From Camelus dromedarius (Eukaryota), in contig NC_087459.1 in NCBI RefSeq assembly GCF_036321535.1, positions 29,512,001 through 29,576,000 on the forward strand: 64,000 nucleotides of DNA, read 5' to 3'. Below, piece after piece: positions 46,463-58,947 of this stretch. A program made the translations under genes and the position numbers. The notes under the pieces were generated by a model. That model was given only the letters and a program-made list of their open reading frames with translations. It searched no databases and was not told the origin of the DNA. Numbering within the stretch: position 1 is the stretch's first letter; each line of letters starts with the position of its first letter.

Positions 46463-49400
46463 TCAGCCCCGCCCGGCCCCACTGGCCAGCCGGCCTTGCC
46501 GGACAGCAGCAGCGGCCACCCTGGCCTCCCAATTCTGGCCTCAATTCTGGCCTGGTGCCTTGTTTCCCTCCTGGGGCCTCAGTCTCCCCTCCTAAAATGG
46601 CAGCTCTCATGGGAGGTCTCAGAGGCTCCAAGAACTAAACAAAGGGTGGGGTGGGGAGTTGGGGGAATGGGTGTCGGTGAAACCACTACAGCGAGTCAGG
46701 TGTGCTGGGACCCTGTCCCAGACAGGCCTTCACTCATCATCCATGCCTCAGTTTCCTTATAGGTGAAGGCCCACCTACCAACCACCCCACCAACAGCCCA
46801 GAAGGATGGGGTAAGGGTGAAATGAAACAAATTCAGAACCCGAGAGTGGTGCCCAGCATGCATGTGCTGGCCCTCCCCAACCCCAGCTCAGCCCCAGCAC
46901 ATCCCTCGCCTCCTCCCCGGCCACTGACCTTCAGAGGAGCCCCCTAGGCCCGAGGTGGGGCAGGTGCACACCCAAGGCCCATCACGGGCAGCCTCCCTCT
47001 CACTCTCACCCCTCCTCACCCAGCTCTGCTCACTTCGGCCCCGCAGCCCTGGACTGGCTCCTCCCAGCAACTGCCCTCTCAGGCCACCCACTTTCTCACT
47101 GGCTGTTGTTCTTTGTGCTAAACTTGTAGCCCACAGCCAGTCTCCATGCCTGGAGCGTGCCGGGCCTCCTGGCCTTTGCACATGCTGTTCCCGCTGCAGG
47201 GAAGGCCAAGCCTGATGTGCCTTCGAGGCCAATTCTGTCCACATTTCACAGTGGCATGTTATTCTCTCTGAGCCATCAAATACCTCTCCCCCCCCCGCCC
47301 CGTTCTATTCAGCAAAGTCCTACTCCGTAAAGACCCAAAGTGAACACCACTTCCTCAAACCCATTCTCTCCCCACCCCACCCTCCCCAGCCCCCACCATG
47401 ACTCAGCTTCCCAGAGTCACAGGGACCCAGGGTTGGAGCCCTGCAGCACTGCTCACCAGCTGTGACCCTGGGCATGTTACTCACCCTCTCTGAACTTCAT
47501 TTTTGCTGCATCTGCAAAATGGGAATAAGAATCCTGCCCCCAAAGGTGTAGAGGGTGAAGTAAGATGATATACTACGCCTGGCACGTAGTAGGTGTTCAT
47601 GAAATGTCAGCTCTTGGTCCCTAATGGACGTGATGACACCCAGCATGCTTGACCCGTTAGGAGTGGGCCTCCCAGCCAGACCAGGGGCCGGTCCTGGGGC
47701 ACACGAGCCTCAGGTCTTCACCCTGGCTGTTCCCTCCGCTTTTGGAGCTCTGGCATGGCTCCAGAGGCTGGCATGGCTCCAGCCCTCACCAATGCCATTC
47801 ACGCCTGCCTGTGTCTGGCCCACCTTCTGAACCAGGCAGCCGTGGGCCCCACCCAGCACTCCCCTCCCTTGTCCCTGTTTATTTTCTCCACAGATGATCA
47901 GTATCGCACATACACTGTGCACACTTATTCTGCCCGTTTTTCTCTCCCCCTGATTTTTGACTATCTTGTTCACGTTTCTATCCCCAGGGCCTAAATGCTG
48001 GTCACACAGTAGGTGCTCAGTAAATATTTGATGAACACAATTGTTCATGACCATTAGTGCCCAGGAGGGTAAGCTGTTTTTAAAAATGTAAACCAAAAAA
48101 AAAAAAAAAAAAAAAAAGCCATGCAGCATTTCCTGGGTGCTCCTCTCCCACCAGCTCTGAGCACTCTTGTGTTCTCGATGGGAACGCTCAGGGGTCACAG
48201 CACCACAGATGTGGAGGCTGAGGGTCAGCAGGGGGAAGCCACCTGCCCAGAGTCACACGGCTCCCAGGGACAGGGGGCGGTCACCAGGAACTCGGCTGCC
48301 TCCCCCACCAGACTGGCAGGCTTGCATCCGGTGGACGGACCCCAGGAAGGCTGCTCCTCAGCCCGGGGCCTGAGCCCTGCCTGCCTGGAAGCTGGTGTTC
48401 AGGCCGGGGTCACCCACACAGCTGCCAGGGGCCCTGGGGTCTTTCTCTGGTGGTCTCTACCAAGGCCCCTCTGGGAGGAACAGCATGGGTCCAGGCCCAG
48501 GCTCCAGGGCCCGGCTGCAGTGTGGCCCATTCATTGTACAGCGGGGACTCCGGGACTCACAACCCATCTGCCCCAGGTTGCACCACAGAACCCACCGGGC
48601 CTGGCTTCCTGCCCCCCAGCCAGCCATGTGGTGAGCCCTGTCCGGCCTGCCCACCTCCTGCTCAGCCCAGACGCAAACCACCTGCTTTAATTTACAGCAG
48701 GAAGTCCTGGACAGTTCCTAAAGCTGCCCGGTCATGTGCGCACACACATGCATGCCCAGGGCAGGGACTGCATCTGGTCCCCCGGGCCCAGAGCACGGCA
48801 CCAAGTAGGGACCTCGGGCCACATCTGCCGAGAAGGAGAAAGCGGACACACGTACTCACGTGCGGCCTTGTACACACACAAGCACACTATTTTTCCCAGC
48901 TGCACATGTGTGCTCGGCCTTGCACATACAGGCACACCACTCCCCCGGCAGCTGCCTCCCAGCCTCTCTCTCCTTACAAGGCCTCTTTGTGTAAAGCAGA
49001 GGCCCCGGAAATGGCACCTCAGAGCCCTGGGCCCAGGGCAGCAGGCCCGATGGGGCTTCCCCGAGCGCTTCCGGGACATCTGGGCTGGGCAGAGGGTCAC
49101 CCATGTCCACAGATGACAAGACTCGGGACTGGCAGCACCAGGCCTGTCTATCCTGCTGTGCTGATCTGCCCACCCCCATCTCCCAAGGTCACCAAGGGTG
49201 GGGAGAGCATGCCAAGGCCAGAAGCCCACTTCCCAATGCCAGCCAGGTTCTTCTTGGCCCCTGGGCTCCAGGGTAGGCCAACTACCCCCACCCCGTCCTT
49301 CAGCCTAAGTAGCCCAGAAGGAAGGAGCCCTACAGTTGCCACCCAAAGGATCCCTGGACCCTAGACTTGGCCAGGAGCAGAATCCAACTTCCCAACTCCA

Positions 49401-50449
49401 ACTGTCACAGACTCGCTATGTGGCCAGGAATCTCTGCTCCTCACAGGGTCTTGGTGAATAAGTGTTCAGATGTGTGGGCTGGGCTGTAAAAGCCCATCTA
49501 GTGATGTTCCTGAGTTCCAGGCTGTGAAGATGGAGAGGTTGGGTCTGCTGAGGACAGCAGCCCCACACTGGAGAGGGAAGAGTTGTTAAAGATGGCCACA
49601 GCACAGTGGGACAGGTAGGGAGGGAGGTTCAGACCACATCTATCAGCCAATCACACTTTAGTATAAATTCAGACAGAAGTACTCCCTAGTCTACTGACTG
49701 ACCAACACCTTAAAGGGAGGAGGGGGGATGGGTGAAAGGAGTGGGAGAGAGGAAGATGTGTTTCCCCTTTTTTATAACTTTTTCATAACTTCTGCAAAGC
49801 AATTGAAACCAGCAGAGCCTCAGTTCTGACTTCCCACCCCCACAAGTTACAAATGAGGAAGTGGGAGCCCAGAGAGGGGTGTGGCTTCTGCAGCCACTGC
49901 AGCCTCAGGTTCTAAACTCCTGGCTCAGGGATCATTCCGTGGGACAGACTCAGGGAAGCAGCCTTCACACCAGGCCACCTTGTCACAGGAGCTATGACTT
50001 AATAATTCCCAGGACAACCTCCGCCCTACCAAAGGCAGGAAGGGTAGCTAGGGGTGCCCAACACTGCCAGCCAGCCACCCCGCTGAGTAAATTACAACCA
50101 GGGCTGCCCTGCCCAAGTGTGCCGACAGTGCAGTACCTACTCCCCCCACCCCCACCGTGCCGCCTTCCCACCAGCCTGGAGCCAGGATCTCTGTGCTCCC
50201 AGGAGCACTTCCCTTGTGGCCGGCACTGGGTGCTCAGGCTGAATAGACGGGGCATCACCCAGGGCTGGGGGTGCGAGGGCACAGAGAGCACGATGGCCGG
50301 GAGGGGCCTTGGGTTTCCAAAGTGGGGCATGGGTCTCCATGCAGGGGGTGCCATGCACCGGGGATGGGGATCAGAGAATCTCTTTTGTTCACAGAGGTAT
50401 CCCCAGGGCCAATTAGAGTGCCTGGCACATAGTAGGCGCTCAGTGTTTC

Positions 50450-50629
50450 TTTTTTTTTTCCTCTTAAAAATTTTTTTTTAATTTTATTTTTTTACTTATT
50501 TCTTTGGGAGGAGGTAATTAGGTCTTTTGATTTTTTTTATATTATACTTTTTAATGGAGGTACTGGGGATCGAACCCAGGACCTCATGCATGCTAAGCAT
50601 GCACCCTACCACTGAGCTATACACTCCCC
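50450..50629 (-). mobile_element. tRNA-Ala-derived SINE (camelid Vic-1-like), inserted in an L2/MIR-type 3' end
   Basis: Reverse complement GGGGAGTGTATAGCTCAGTGGTAG...CTTAGCATG...GGTTCGATCCCCAGTACCTCC plus CCTAATTACC and A-rich tail. Confidence 0.88.
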
Positions 50630-52235
50630 AATAAATATTTCTTGAATGTGGTTGAATGAATGAATCACATCCTTCTTTTTTTCCTTCACATTTTGGAGGT
50701 GGTCTATAAGGAATATAGCGAATTATTTCAGTGGCACATGTCAACTGTTTGTAAATATTTATTGGGGAGTATATGCTCAAGTTTTTTCCTGATGGGGTTA
50801 ATGAGCAGAAAAGCATGGAAATCTTCCATCTAAAGGGTCCTCTCTGAGGATTCAGGGGAACTACAGCTCCCTTCCAAAGCAAAACAAGCCAGGCAAAGCT
50901 AAGGGTCTCAGGCCTGGTGTCCCTTCCTCACAGGCTGGCTTCAAATTCTAACTCTTTTTTACTGGTTTGGTGCCCTCAACCAACGTTCCTCTCACATCTC
51001 TATCCAGAAAAGTCTGGGGCTGGACGAGGCATCGTCTGTACGTTCTTTCTTGCTTTCAGAGAAGCTCTGCCAGCCAAGCCTTCTTTGACTCCAGAGGTTT
51101 GGCTGTGTTTGAGGCTAAACCATGCAGGAGCTGCCTGGAGCGAGGATCTCTGCTCTATAGGCACTCAGGGAAGTCCCCACCCAGCTCAGGCGCCTGAGGG
51201 AGCTGCTAGCAAGCCATTTTGCACACGTGCTAAGCTGTTACTCAACTTCCTGTTGTGTGCGGAACAGCCCTTGTCACCCCAAACAGACCAGCCAACCCCT
51301 TCCCCCCAGCTCTGCTCCTGAGGCCTTACAAACCAGGCAAAGTCAAGTTAAGAAACTTGAGAAGACTCACAAGGCACCATAAAGCACCAGCTAAAATAAT
51401 CCAAGCAAAACAAAACCCCAAAACATAAAACTCAGTGCTGGCAGGACTATGGAGAAATTCTCATTTGTTGCCAGTGTGCTCAGCCTTCCGGAAGAGATTT
51501 ATCACATTGGTGATAACATTCAACCCAACCAACTGGGTGGGAACAAACAATAGAATAACATGAACAGGAACTTAACAAATTGTTAACACTCTTTGGTGGC
51601 ATAAACTCAATTTGTTGCTAATAAAGCAGCCGCCAACATTTTTTTTAAGAAAACATGTTCAAAATAACCCCCTTTATAATGATGACGGGGTAGAAAAATG
51701 CAGGTGACTACAAATATGTTAAGAGAAGTAGATCTCATCCCAACATGTTAACATCACTATGTCGCTTACATACAAACAGCGCATGTAATTAATTCACTTA
51801 CTTGGCATCTATAAATGCTCAGAATTTGTCCAGGACTTTGACATACATTCTCTTTTACCTCCTAAAACAAGCCTAAGTAAGAAGTTTTCTGGTATTTGTT
51901 TTAACCTTTGTTTTGTACAGGAGGAAACAGACAAAAACCAAGCTTTGCTCAAAGTCACCCAGCTCCTAAACGGCACAGCCTGGGATTCTGACCCCAAATC
52001 TCAGAGGTTAGGTTCACCTGGACACTTTGATAAATGTTGGCAGGCCTTACAATAGCAGCAAGGCCGGTAACTGAACATTTATCGTGTGTGCGCCTGGCAC
52101 ATTGCCAAATGTCTTACACACATGATCACATCTAAGCCTAGCAACTTGAAAGTTTCCCATTTTCCAGAGAAGCAAAGTTGAGGCCCCTAGATGCCTTGCT
52201 AAGGTCAGTGGCCAGTGAAGGAAAGAGCTGGCCCT

Positions 52236-52275
52236 CTTCCCAGCGTCTTGTCCCCCTTCCCAGCGTCTTGTCCCC
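52236..52275. repeat. Perfect 2 x 20-nt tandem repeat
   Basis: CTTCCCAGCGTCTTGTCCCC twice. Confidence 0.9.
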
Positions 52276-52369
52276 GAGACCTCACCGGCCTTGGGTTCTC
52301 TTAACCACTGGGTAGCACTGCCCGCCAGATTGGAGGAGCCTGGGAACAGCCTGGCATAACCTCCGCGTC

Positions 52370-53700
52370 CGCACTAGGCTACCGCCCGAGGCTTCATGCC
52401 AGTTATTACTATATCACGGTCCCGGACCTGCCCCGGCCCTGCCCCGGCCCTGGCCGCTGTCCCCGCGCCGCCGGCGAGGGAGGGGCCGTTCGGATCACTC
52501 CGGTCCAGCGCCCGAGACCTCAGAGGGCGCGTCCCCAACCCCGGCCAACCCCTCCCAGGACCCGACCCCTCGGGTCTGGCTCCGGGGGCCAGAGGCGGGC
52601 TGGTGGAGGGGGCGGTGGCCGGGAGGGAGGGAGGGAGAGGCGAGGCGGGCGGGGGCGCCAGCTCATTTCCCGGCAGGAGCAACCCGGAAGGCTGGAGGAT
52701 GGAGGGGAAGTGACCTGGGCGTGGGGCCCTCGCGGCCCTAAATAACGGGGGACACCGACGGCAGGGCAGAGTTGGGGGTGCGGAGGGAGAGGGTAGGCCG
52801 GGAGAAGAGGCAGGGGAGGGGGAGGCGGACGCGCAGGCCTGGGCGCCCCGAGGGCGCAGAGTGCGGGGATCGTCGTGCTTCCCTGGCCGGGAGGAGGGTG
52901 CCCGCACACGGTGCCCCGCGCGTCCGCTCACCTCCAGGCGAGCCCCTCGTGCCCTTTCTCATCCCCGAGTTCCCTTCGCCCCCACATCTCCTCGGGGGAT
53001 CCCCACCGTGTTCTCCCCACCTGCACGCGCCTCCTCCCCGCGCCCTTTCTCATCCCCGCGCCCCTCCACCACGACTCCCCACCTCACGGCCGCCCCCTGC
53101 GCCCCCTCACCTCGGGGCGCCGCGGCCGCGGACTCTGGGCAGTCGACGCGCCGAACCGGCTCTGGGCCCCGCGCTGCGCGGCCACTTCCTCGTGGGCGGG
53201 GGGCGGGGCCTCCCGGCTCAGCCCCGCTGTGACGGGGCGGGGCCTGGGCGTCCGGGAGTGCCCAGGTTCCGCCCACCCCCCGGGTTAGGGCTGCCGGACC
53301 CGGGGCATCCAGGCGCTCGCCCCTCGCCCCCTTGCGTACTGGGAAACTGAGGCTCGGATCGGGGCGCCCTGACTGGGCTGGAACCAGAGCGGGGCAGCGC
53401 CCACGGCCGCCCACTACCGCGGGGTCGGACCCTCGGGCCCCAGCCTCGCGGGAACCACACCTTCGTTCGCGAGTTGATGCCCACTGGGCGCCAGAGTGCG
53501 GGTGTGGGCAGTAAGGCGTAGCCCCGGCAGCTGGCCCGCCACCGGTGTCCTCACTCCGAAACGGGCTCTGACCCCGGCTGGTCCAGCACCTTCTCGGTGC
53601 CAACTTCCTGCCCCTCTTTCCACCGCAGGCCGCTTCTCGCCTTTAAGTTACGCGGCGGCCTTGCAGCCGCCTGAATCTGGGTCTTGGGCCAGGTGGTCCC
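52370..53700 (-). promoter_or_regulatory. ARPC1B: ARPC1B CpG island / promoter; approximate bounds
   Basis: GC/CpG rich; ETS/PU.1-type GAGGAAGTG at 53183-53191 (- strand) and tandem GC boxes at 53194-53208. Confidence 0.75.
53111..53190 (-). other. ARPC1B: ARPC1B non-coding exon 1 (5' end approximate)
   Basis: GAG|gtgagg donor at 53110-53105 in the CpG island; resembles the human ARPC1B leader (gtcgactgcccagagtccgcggcc) as I recall it. Confidence 0.7.
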
Positions 53701-56377
53701 GAGGGGTCTTTCCATCCCTGCCCCCTGCCCCATCCATGGAGATGTGGCCAGGTGGCCCGGCAGATGGAGGTGACCCTCTCATGCGTCAGGCCCCTTACCG
53801 CAGGATTCAGCTCATCTGGTCCGCCAGGCACTAAGTACATCAGCGGAGGAGTGTGGGGTCTTCACCAGTCTCAGGAGGTCCGGAGCCAGGCACCCACGCT
53901 GTCAGGTTTCTGGGCTTTGACACATGCTGTTCTTTCTGCCTGGAACACCTGTCCCACCCTGTCTGCACCTGGCCAACTTTTTTACCCTGCAGGACATGAA
54001 TGAGTGTCCCTGAGGTCACTTTGACCCCAACCCCCACCTCAACAGGATCTGTGCTCACCAGCCCCAGATCCTATTACACAATTCCACCCCCCGGGATGGT
54101 TGGGAGGATTAAATGTGTCCAAGGGTGAGGAGCATTTTGAGGTGAGCACACAGTGTTCAGTAAACTTCAGCTTTGATTAGTAAGACCCCGAGCCTTGCTG
54201 GCTCTGAGGAGACACTGAGGGGCTGTTACCAACCCCCCCACCCTCGAGCCCCATCCAGCCTGGGCAGATCCAAGGGATGGCTTTAGTCAGGAAAAAGTTT
54301 CAGACGGCCTCTACTGGCAGCCTCCTTCCCATGGGGACAAGCACAGTTTGGTGACCCGTGTTCCTGGCTACTGTTTACCCTCCCCAGCTTTGTAGATGCC
54401 TAGGGAGTGACCCTGGGTGGGACTGATCCCCACCTCTGATGGTGGCCCCTGAGTGCTCTAACCCAGTCAGCTCATGGTTCCCCCACCCCCCACCCTACCC
54501 CTACCCAGTCCTGGACTTGTGACCTAAGATGGTCTGGTCAGAGAAAGCCCAGGACTTCTGATGAAGATGGAGGGGAAAGCAGTGCCTTCTGGGTGACATG
54601 TGTGATTCCCAGTACGAAAGTGGAAGAGCCACAGGGAAGCCAGATGACACAGGGGAGTGTGACAGAGGGAAGCCCAGGAAACGACCAGAGCAGAGCCCTG
54701 GTCAGCCTCTGGCTGACGGCCTGAGCCCAACCTGCCTGCGGGGGTTTTGGATATGTGAGCCAAGGAATCTAATTTTTAAACTGGTTTGAGTTGTTTTTCT
54801 GTTACTTATCACAAAAGCATCCTAACAAGTATGCACACCTGAGGACTCCCTTTTCCTCCTTGTGAAACTGAGCTGATTTGATGAAAAGAAGACTCAAGCT
54901 TAGTGCAAGCAGAAACCAAGTTTGCATTATTCAGCCTGGGGCCTAGAGCCATGCCTGGCGTGGAGGAGGAGCTCAGTATGTATCTGCTGAATGAAAGAAG
55001 AAGGAAGGAACACGTCAGGTGAGAAACCTGAGCCCAGCTCTGGCTCTGCCCGGTAACCTGGAGTGTAACTTCAGGCAGGTCACTCTCCTTGCAGCGCCTG
55101 GGTTCCTGCCTCTGTAGACTAACATCTCACAGGCCTGCAGTCATTGTGGGAAGACCCAATGGATGGGAAGCACACTGCAGACTGGGAAGCCATGGGGGTG
55201 TTATTTGAAATGGCTCCCTTGGGGAACAATTTTCTAAGCCTTAAGTGGAATGAGTCCTTGGGTGGGGAGACCCTGGGGGTGGAGGAACTTCATCTGGAAT
55301 TCTCCGAACAACTCAGGGAGCTGTTTCTTCCTGGCATGTACCTCCCCCGTGCAGCCCTGGGATGAAGATGCTACACTGTCCCTTCTTTTCTGCCTTCTCA
55401 GGATTCCCAGGAAGGCAGCCACATTCCCAGGCTGACTCTTCAGGGCTGACTGACTTGGGGAGGGCTGGCAGCTGGGGGCTGGTGCAGTGTCTCAGGACCC
55501 TTGAGGTCCTTTCTGGCTTTCTGCTCCTTCCTCCTCACTGCACTGGCCTTCCTGCCTCCTGGTCACAAGATGGCAGCCACGCTCCAGGCATAGGGACTTC
55601 AGAATGGGCAGGCGGGTCAAGGCAGTGGGACACTAGGGAGGAAAACCTTCCCCAGAGGTGCCCAGCATCATCTCCTGCTGTATCGGCCTGCGCCTGGCCC
55701 CAAATGGGGTCTCTCCCCGATATCAAAGACTTGCCACCCAATGCCTGTCACACCCACTTCCAAGGCACAGGACTCAACTGGGAAATTTGGTCTATGAGGA
55801 AACCCCACAGGCAGCGCCAGACGGGTCCCCTCCCCTTGGTACCAATGACATCCCCCTGCTCCTGGGCGCAGTGACAGAACTGGGCTAGGCTTCTCCTCAT
55901 CTTGCCCCCGCCCAGCAGAGAGTGGGTATCGCTGGGGCTCTGGGGAGACCACCCTGGGTCCAACGGAGGCTGTCACTCCCTCTCTGGACTTGAGTCTTGT
56001 CATCTCCAAAATGCAGCAACAACTGTCCCAACCGCACAGGGTGGCTGTGAGGAGTTAGTGCCCACCCGCCGGCGCTTCCTGCCGGGTTGTCTCCCCACAT
56101 CCTTCCTCAGCAACCCGTCTCAGGGGACAGGCTCCACCTTAGTGGCTTTCAGACTTTTTGATCACGACCCACAGCGCTCATGTTGTGTCCTCTCCACGCC
56201 CCCACGTGGATCTGACACAGAAGTGTCATAAAGTGGTACTTACTCCGCACACTGCAGAATGTGGTTTTCTCCCCAAGTGCCAGCGAGGATTTTACAACTG
56301 ACGAAGGGGCTCTGGGCCTCAGTTTGAAAAACTCTGCTCTAGACCCTACTTCCTTCTGTTTTCGGAATTGATCCAGT

Positions 56378-56924
56378 GGAGTAGTTTCCTGTGGGAGCAA
56401 CTTACCACAAACTGGGTGGCTTCAGATAACACAAGTGTCCTCCCTGATGGTCTGGAGGTCAGAAGTCCGCAGCTGGTCTCGGTGGGCTCAGCTGGTGGTG
56501 GCAGGGTGCTGTTCCTCGTGGAAGCTCCAGGGGAGAACCAGGTTCCTTTTTCCAGCTCTAAGAGGCGACCCGAGTTCCTGGGCCTCCTCACACTCTGACC
56601 TGTGTTCTATCATCACCTACCTGCTTCCCTCATGTAAGGACCCTGTGATGACACTGGGCCCACCTGGATAATCTAGGATACTCTCCCCAATCTCAAAATC
56701 CATTTTTTTTTTAAGGGGAGTAGGTAATAAGGTTTATTTATTATTTTAATGGACGCACTGAGGATTGAACCTAGAGCCTTGTATAAAGCCAACCACGTGC
56801 TCTGCCACTGAGCTCTGCCCTTCCCCCCAATCTCAAGATCTTGAACTTAATCCCACTGACAAAGTTCACAGGGTCTGGGGATTGGATATGAACATGTTTG
56901 TGGGGCCTGTGATCTACCTACCAC
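56378..56924 (+). mobile_element. MLT1-family (ERVL-MaLR) solo LTR, interrupted by a SINE
   Basis: Recognisable MLT1 motifs TAGTTTCCT..TTACCACAAACTGGGTGGCTT..CTGGAGGTCAGAAGTCC and a ...CTACCACA end; subfamily not determined. Confidence 0.75.
56701..56826 (-). mobile_element. tRNA-Ala-derived SINE (older, more diverged copy) nested in an MLT1 LTR
   Basis: Same head/tail layout; 14-bp TSD CCAATCTCAA(A/G)ATC at 56687-56700 and 56827-56840. Confidence 0.85.
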
Positions 56925-58578
56925 ACCTAGTACTTCAATTACACACACACAACTCCAACTACGTAGCTTTGTAACAATTTAGACACTGATGTGCACTGTT
57001 CAGGGTGGCTTTAGTCCCTCAGCTCCATCGCAGGCACCTGAGGGTACGAGGCCGTCCCATCACTGCTTCATCAGGCACACATGAGAACGAAAACCCTTGT
57101 GTGACCGTTGGGCCAAGCTGTATGGTCGTGACTGAGCAATTAATCTGGGTTCTGAGACTCACCTGTTTTCTCAGCATAACATTCTGGGAAGAGCCTGCAG
57201 ACTCCTTGGTACACCACTCCCACCCTGCCCCACTGTTACTAAGGGTCTCTGGGGCCGACTGCAGGGCATTGTCAAGCCTGAAAGCAAACCTTGGCTGAGT
57301 GACAGAATTTACTAACCCTCTATTACCCCCATTTTTTACAAGTGAAGAGACCGAGGCTCAGAGATGTTAACTGTACTGCTCAAGATCACACAACTGGGCA
57401 GAATGTAACCTGACACCAAAACCTCCGATCCAAGGGCTTTGGCCAGCGTGTCCTGCAATAGTCAGGGGTCACCCAGAACCCTCCAAATTGGTGGTCACTG
57501 GACCGAGGCCTGGTCTGAGCCTCACAGGCAGGGCGGGGAGAGAAGGGCCCTCCCACGGTGAGACCGCAGCGCTGTGGTGCAGCACCGCAGGGCTTTGGCT
57601 GCCCGGATGGGGAGGGGCCAGCTTCCGTGGGTGTGAGTTGACCCAAGTTAAAAAAAGAAAAAAGATGACTCTGTGCCTAAGTTCTTGGAGGCCAAGTTAG
57701 TACATTGTTTCTTTCATGGAATACATTGTTTCTCTAAAATCCTCTGGGCTTACTCCCCAAACCATGTGACTTCATGAAACTGCACAGAAATCTGCAGCTA
57801 ATTCCTGTTTCTTGGCCTGCTTTTGTCTGTCCTGGCTCTGTGACCACCGCCTTGCCGATGCACTGGTACAAACACATGTACACAGAAGAGCTCCTGCCAC
57901 TGGGGGTCCAGAAAGGATGCTGTAGCAAACTGGGAAGAGGCCAGGGGTCAGCAAGAAGGTGAAGTTCCTCTTTTGAGAACACCATGATGTTCCCTGAGAA
58001 GCGCTGTTAGACCTGAAACTAGAGCTGTGTCCGGACCCCTGCTCTCCCAGACCTGAGAGACCCAGAATAAGGCCACCCTCCAGGCTGCTCTGTACTCACT
58101 TTCCTGGCAACTTACCTATATTTGCACCTCTCAAGAGTCTCTGCTTTGCAATGTCAAAGTTCATGTCCAATTATGATGAAGATAACTTAGTTTGGGTCCA
58201 ATAATCTTTAAACCAAAAAGGCTGTGCCTTTTCTCCCCCCGCACCCTCCCCTGCACATGTCCGCTGCGGGCGCCCACCTGCTGGGGCACTGGGCTGAGGC
58301 CTCCATCCGGGCCTGGCTGCCGGCGGAGGCGGCTTCTCTGCCGCCAGTACACAAGCTGGGACATGCACTGTCTCCACAGAAGGGCTGCAAGGCTAAAAGA
58401 CAGCATTTGAGAAACGGTTCTTCTGGTTAAAGGCTGTAAAGAGGGCTCGATTTAAGAAACTAAGACTCTTAAGATTCTACCCCCAAAACTGACTAACCCA
58501 ACAAAGAATTCGCCCATATTTTCCTCCTAAAAATGCAAACAGTGTAAGGAGACAAAACCAAAAAACACATTCAGTATT

Positions 58579-58584
58579 TTTATT
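58579..58584 (-). terminator. ARPC1A: AATAAA poly(A) signal of ARPC1A
   Basis: TTTATT on + strand, about 325 nt after the stop. Confidence 0.8.
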
Positions 58585-58908
58585 TTTTAGCAGACAATTT
58601 ACATACCTCCCCCACCCCTTCCTTTAAGTTAGTGTGACGCTTTTCCATAATAAACTACTTAAAGAGAAGCTTTGGTCAAGAATGGAATGAAATAGCAAAA
58701 CAAAAAAGCAAAAACAAAACCCAAATCACTGCTGCTTTTAAAAAACCAACACTTTCACCAATTATATTCAAACAAAACACACAATATTTGCGCCATCTGC
58801 GTCTTCAGTGTTTCTTGGCGGCCGGCTCTCCTCCCGTCATGCACTCGGTGGAGCTGCTCCTCACAGCCTGTCCGTCTGTCGTGCTGGGTCTGGGAGGCGT
58901 GCTCAGCT

Positions 58909-58947
58909 TCACATTATCCGGAGGCCCTGGATAGAAGACTCTAGGGT
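58909..58947 (-). CDS. ARPC1A: ARPC1A last coding exon
   Basis: TLESSIQGLRIM*. Confidence 0.95.
   Translation of the reverse strand, partial: TLESSIQGLRIM

Noticed and set aside
48450-49364. 304-aa ORF in ARPC1B intron 1
   Set aside because: Pro/Ala/His-rich translation of GC- and CA-rich intron; no coding evidence.
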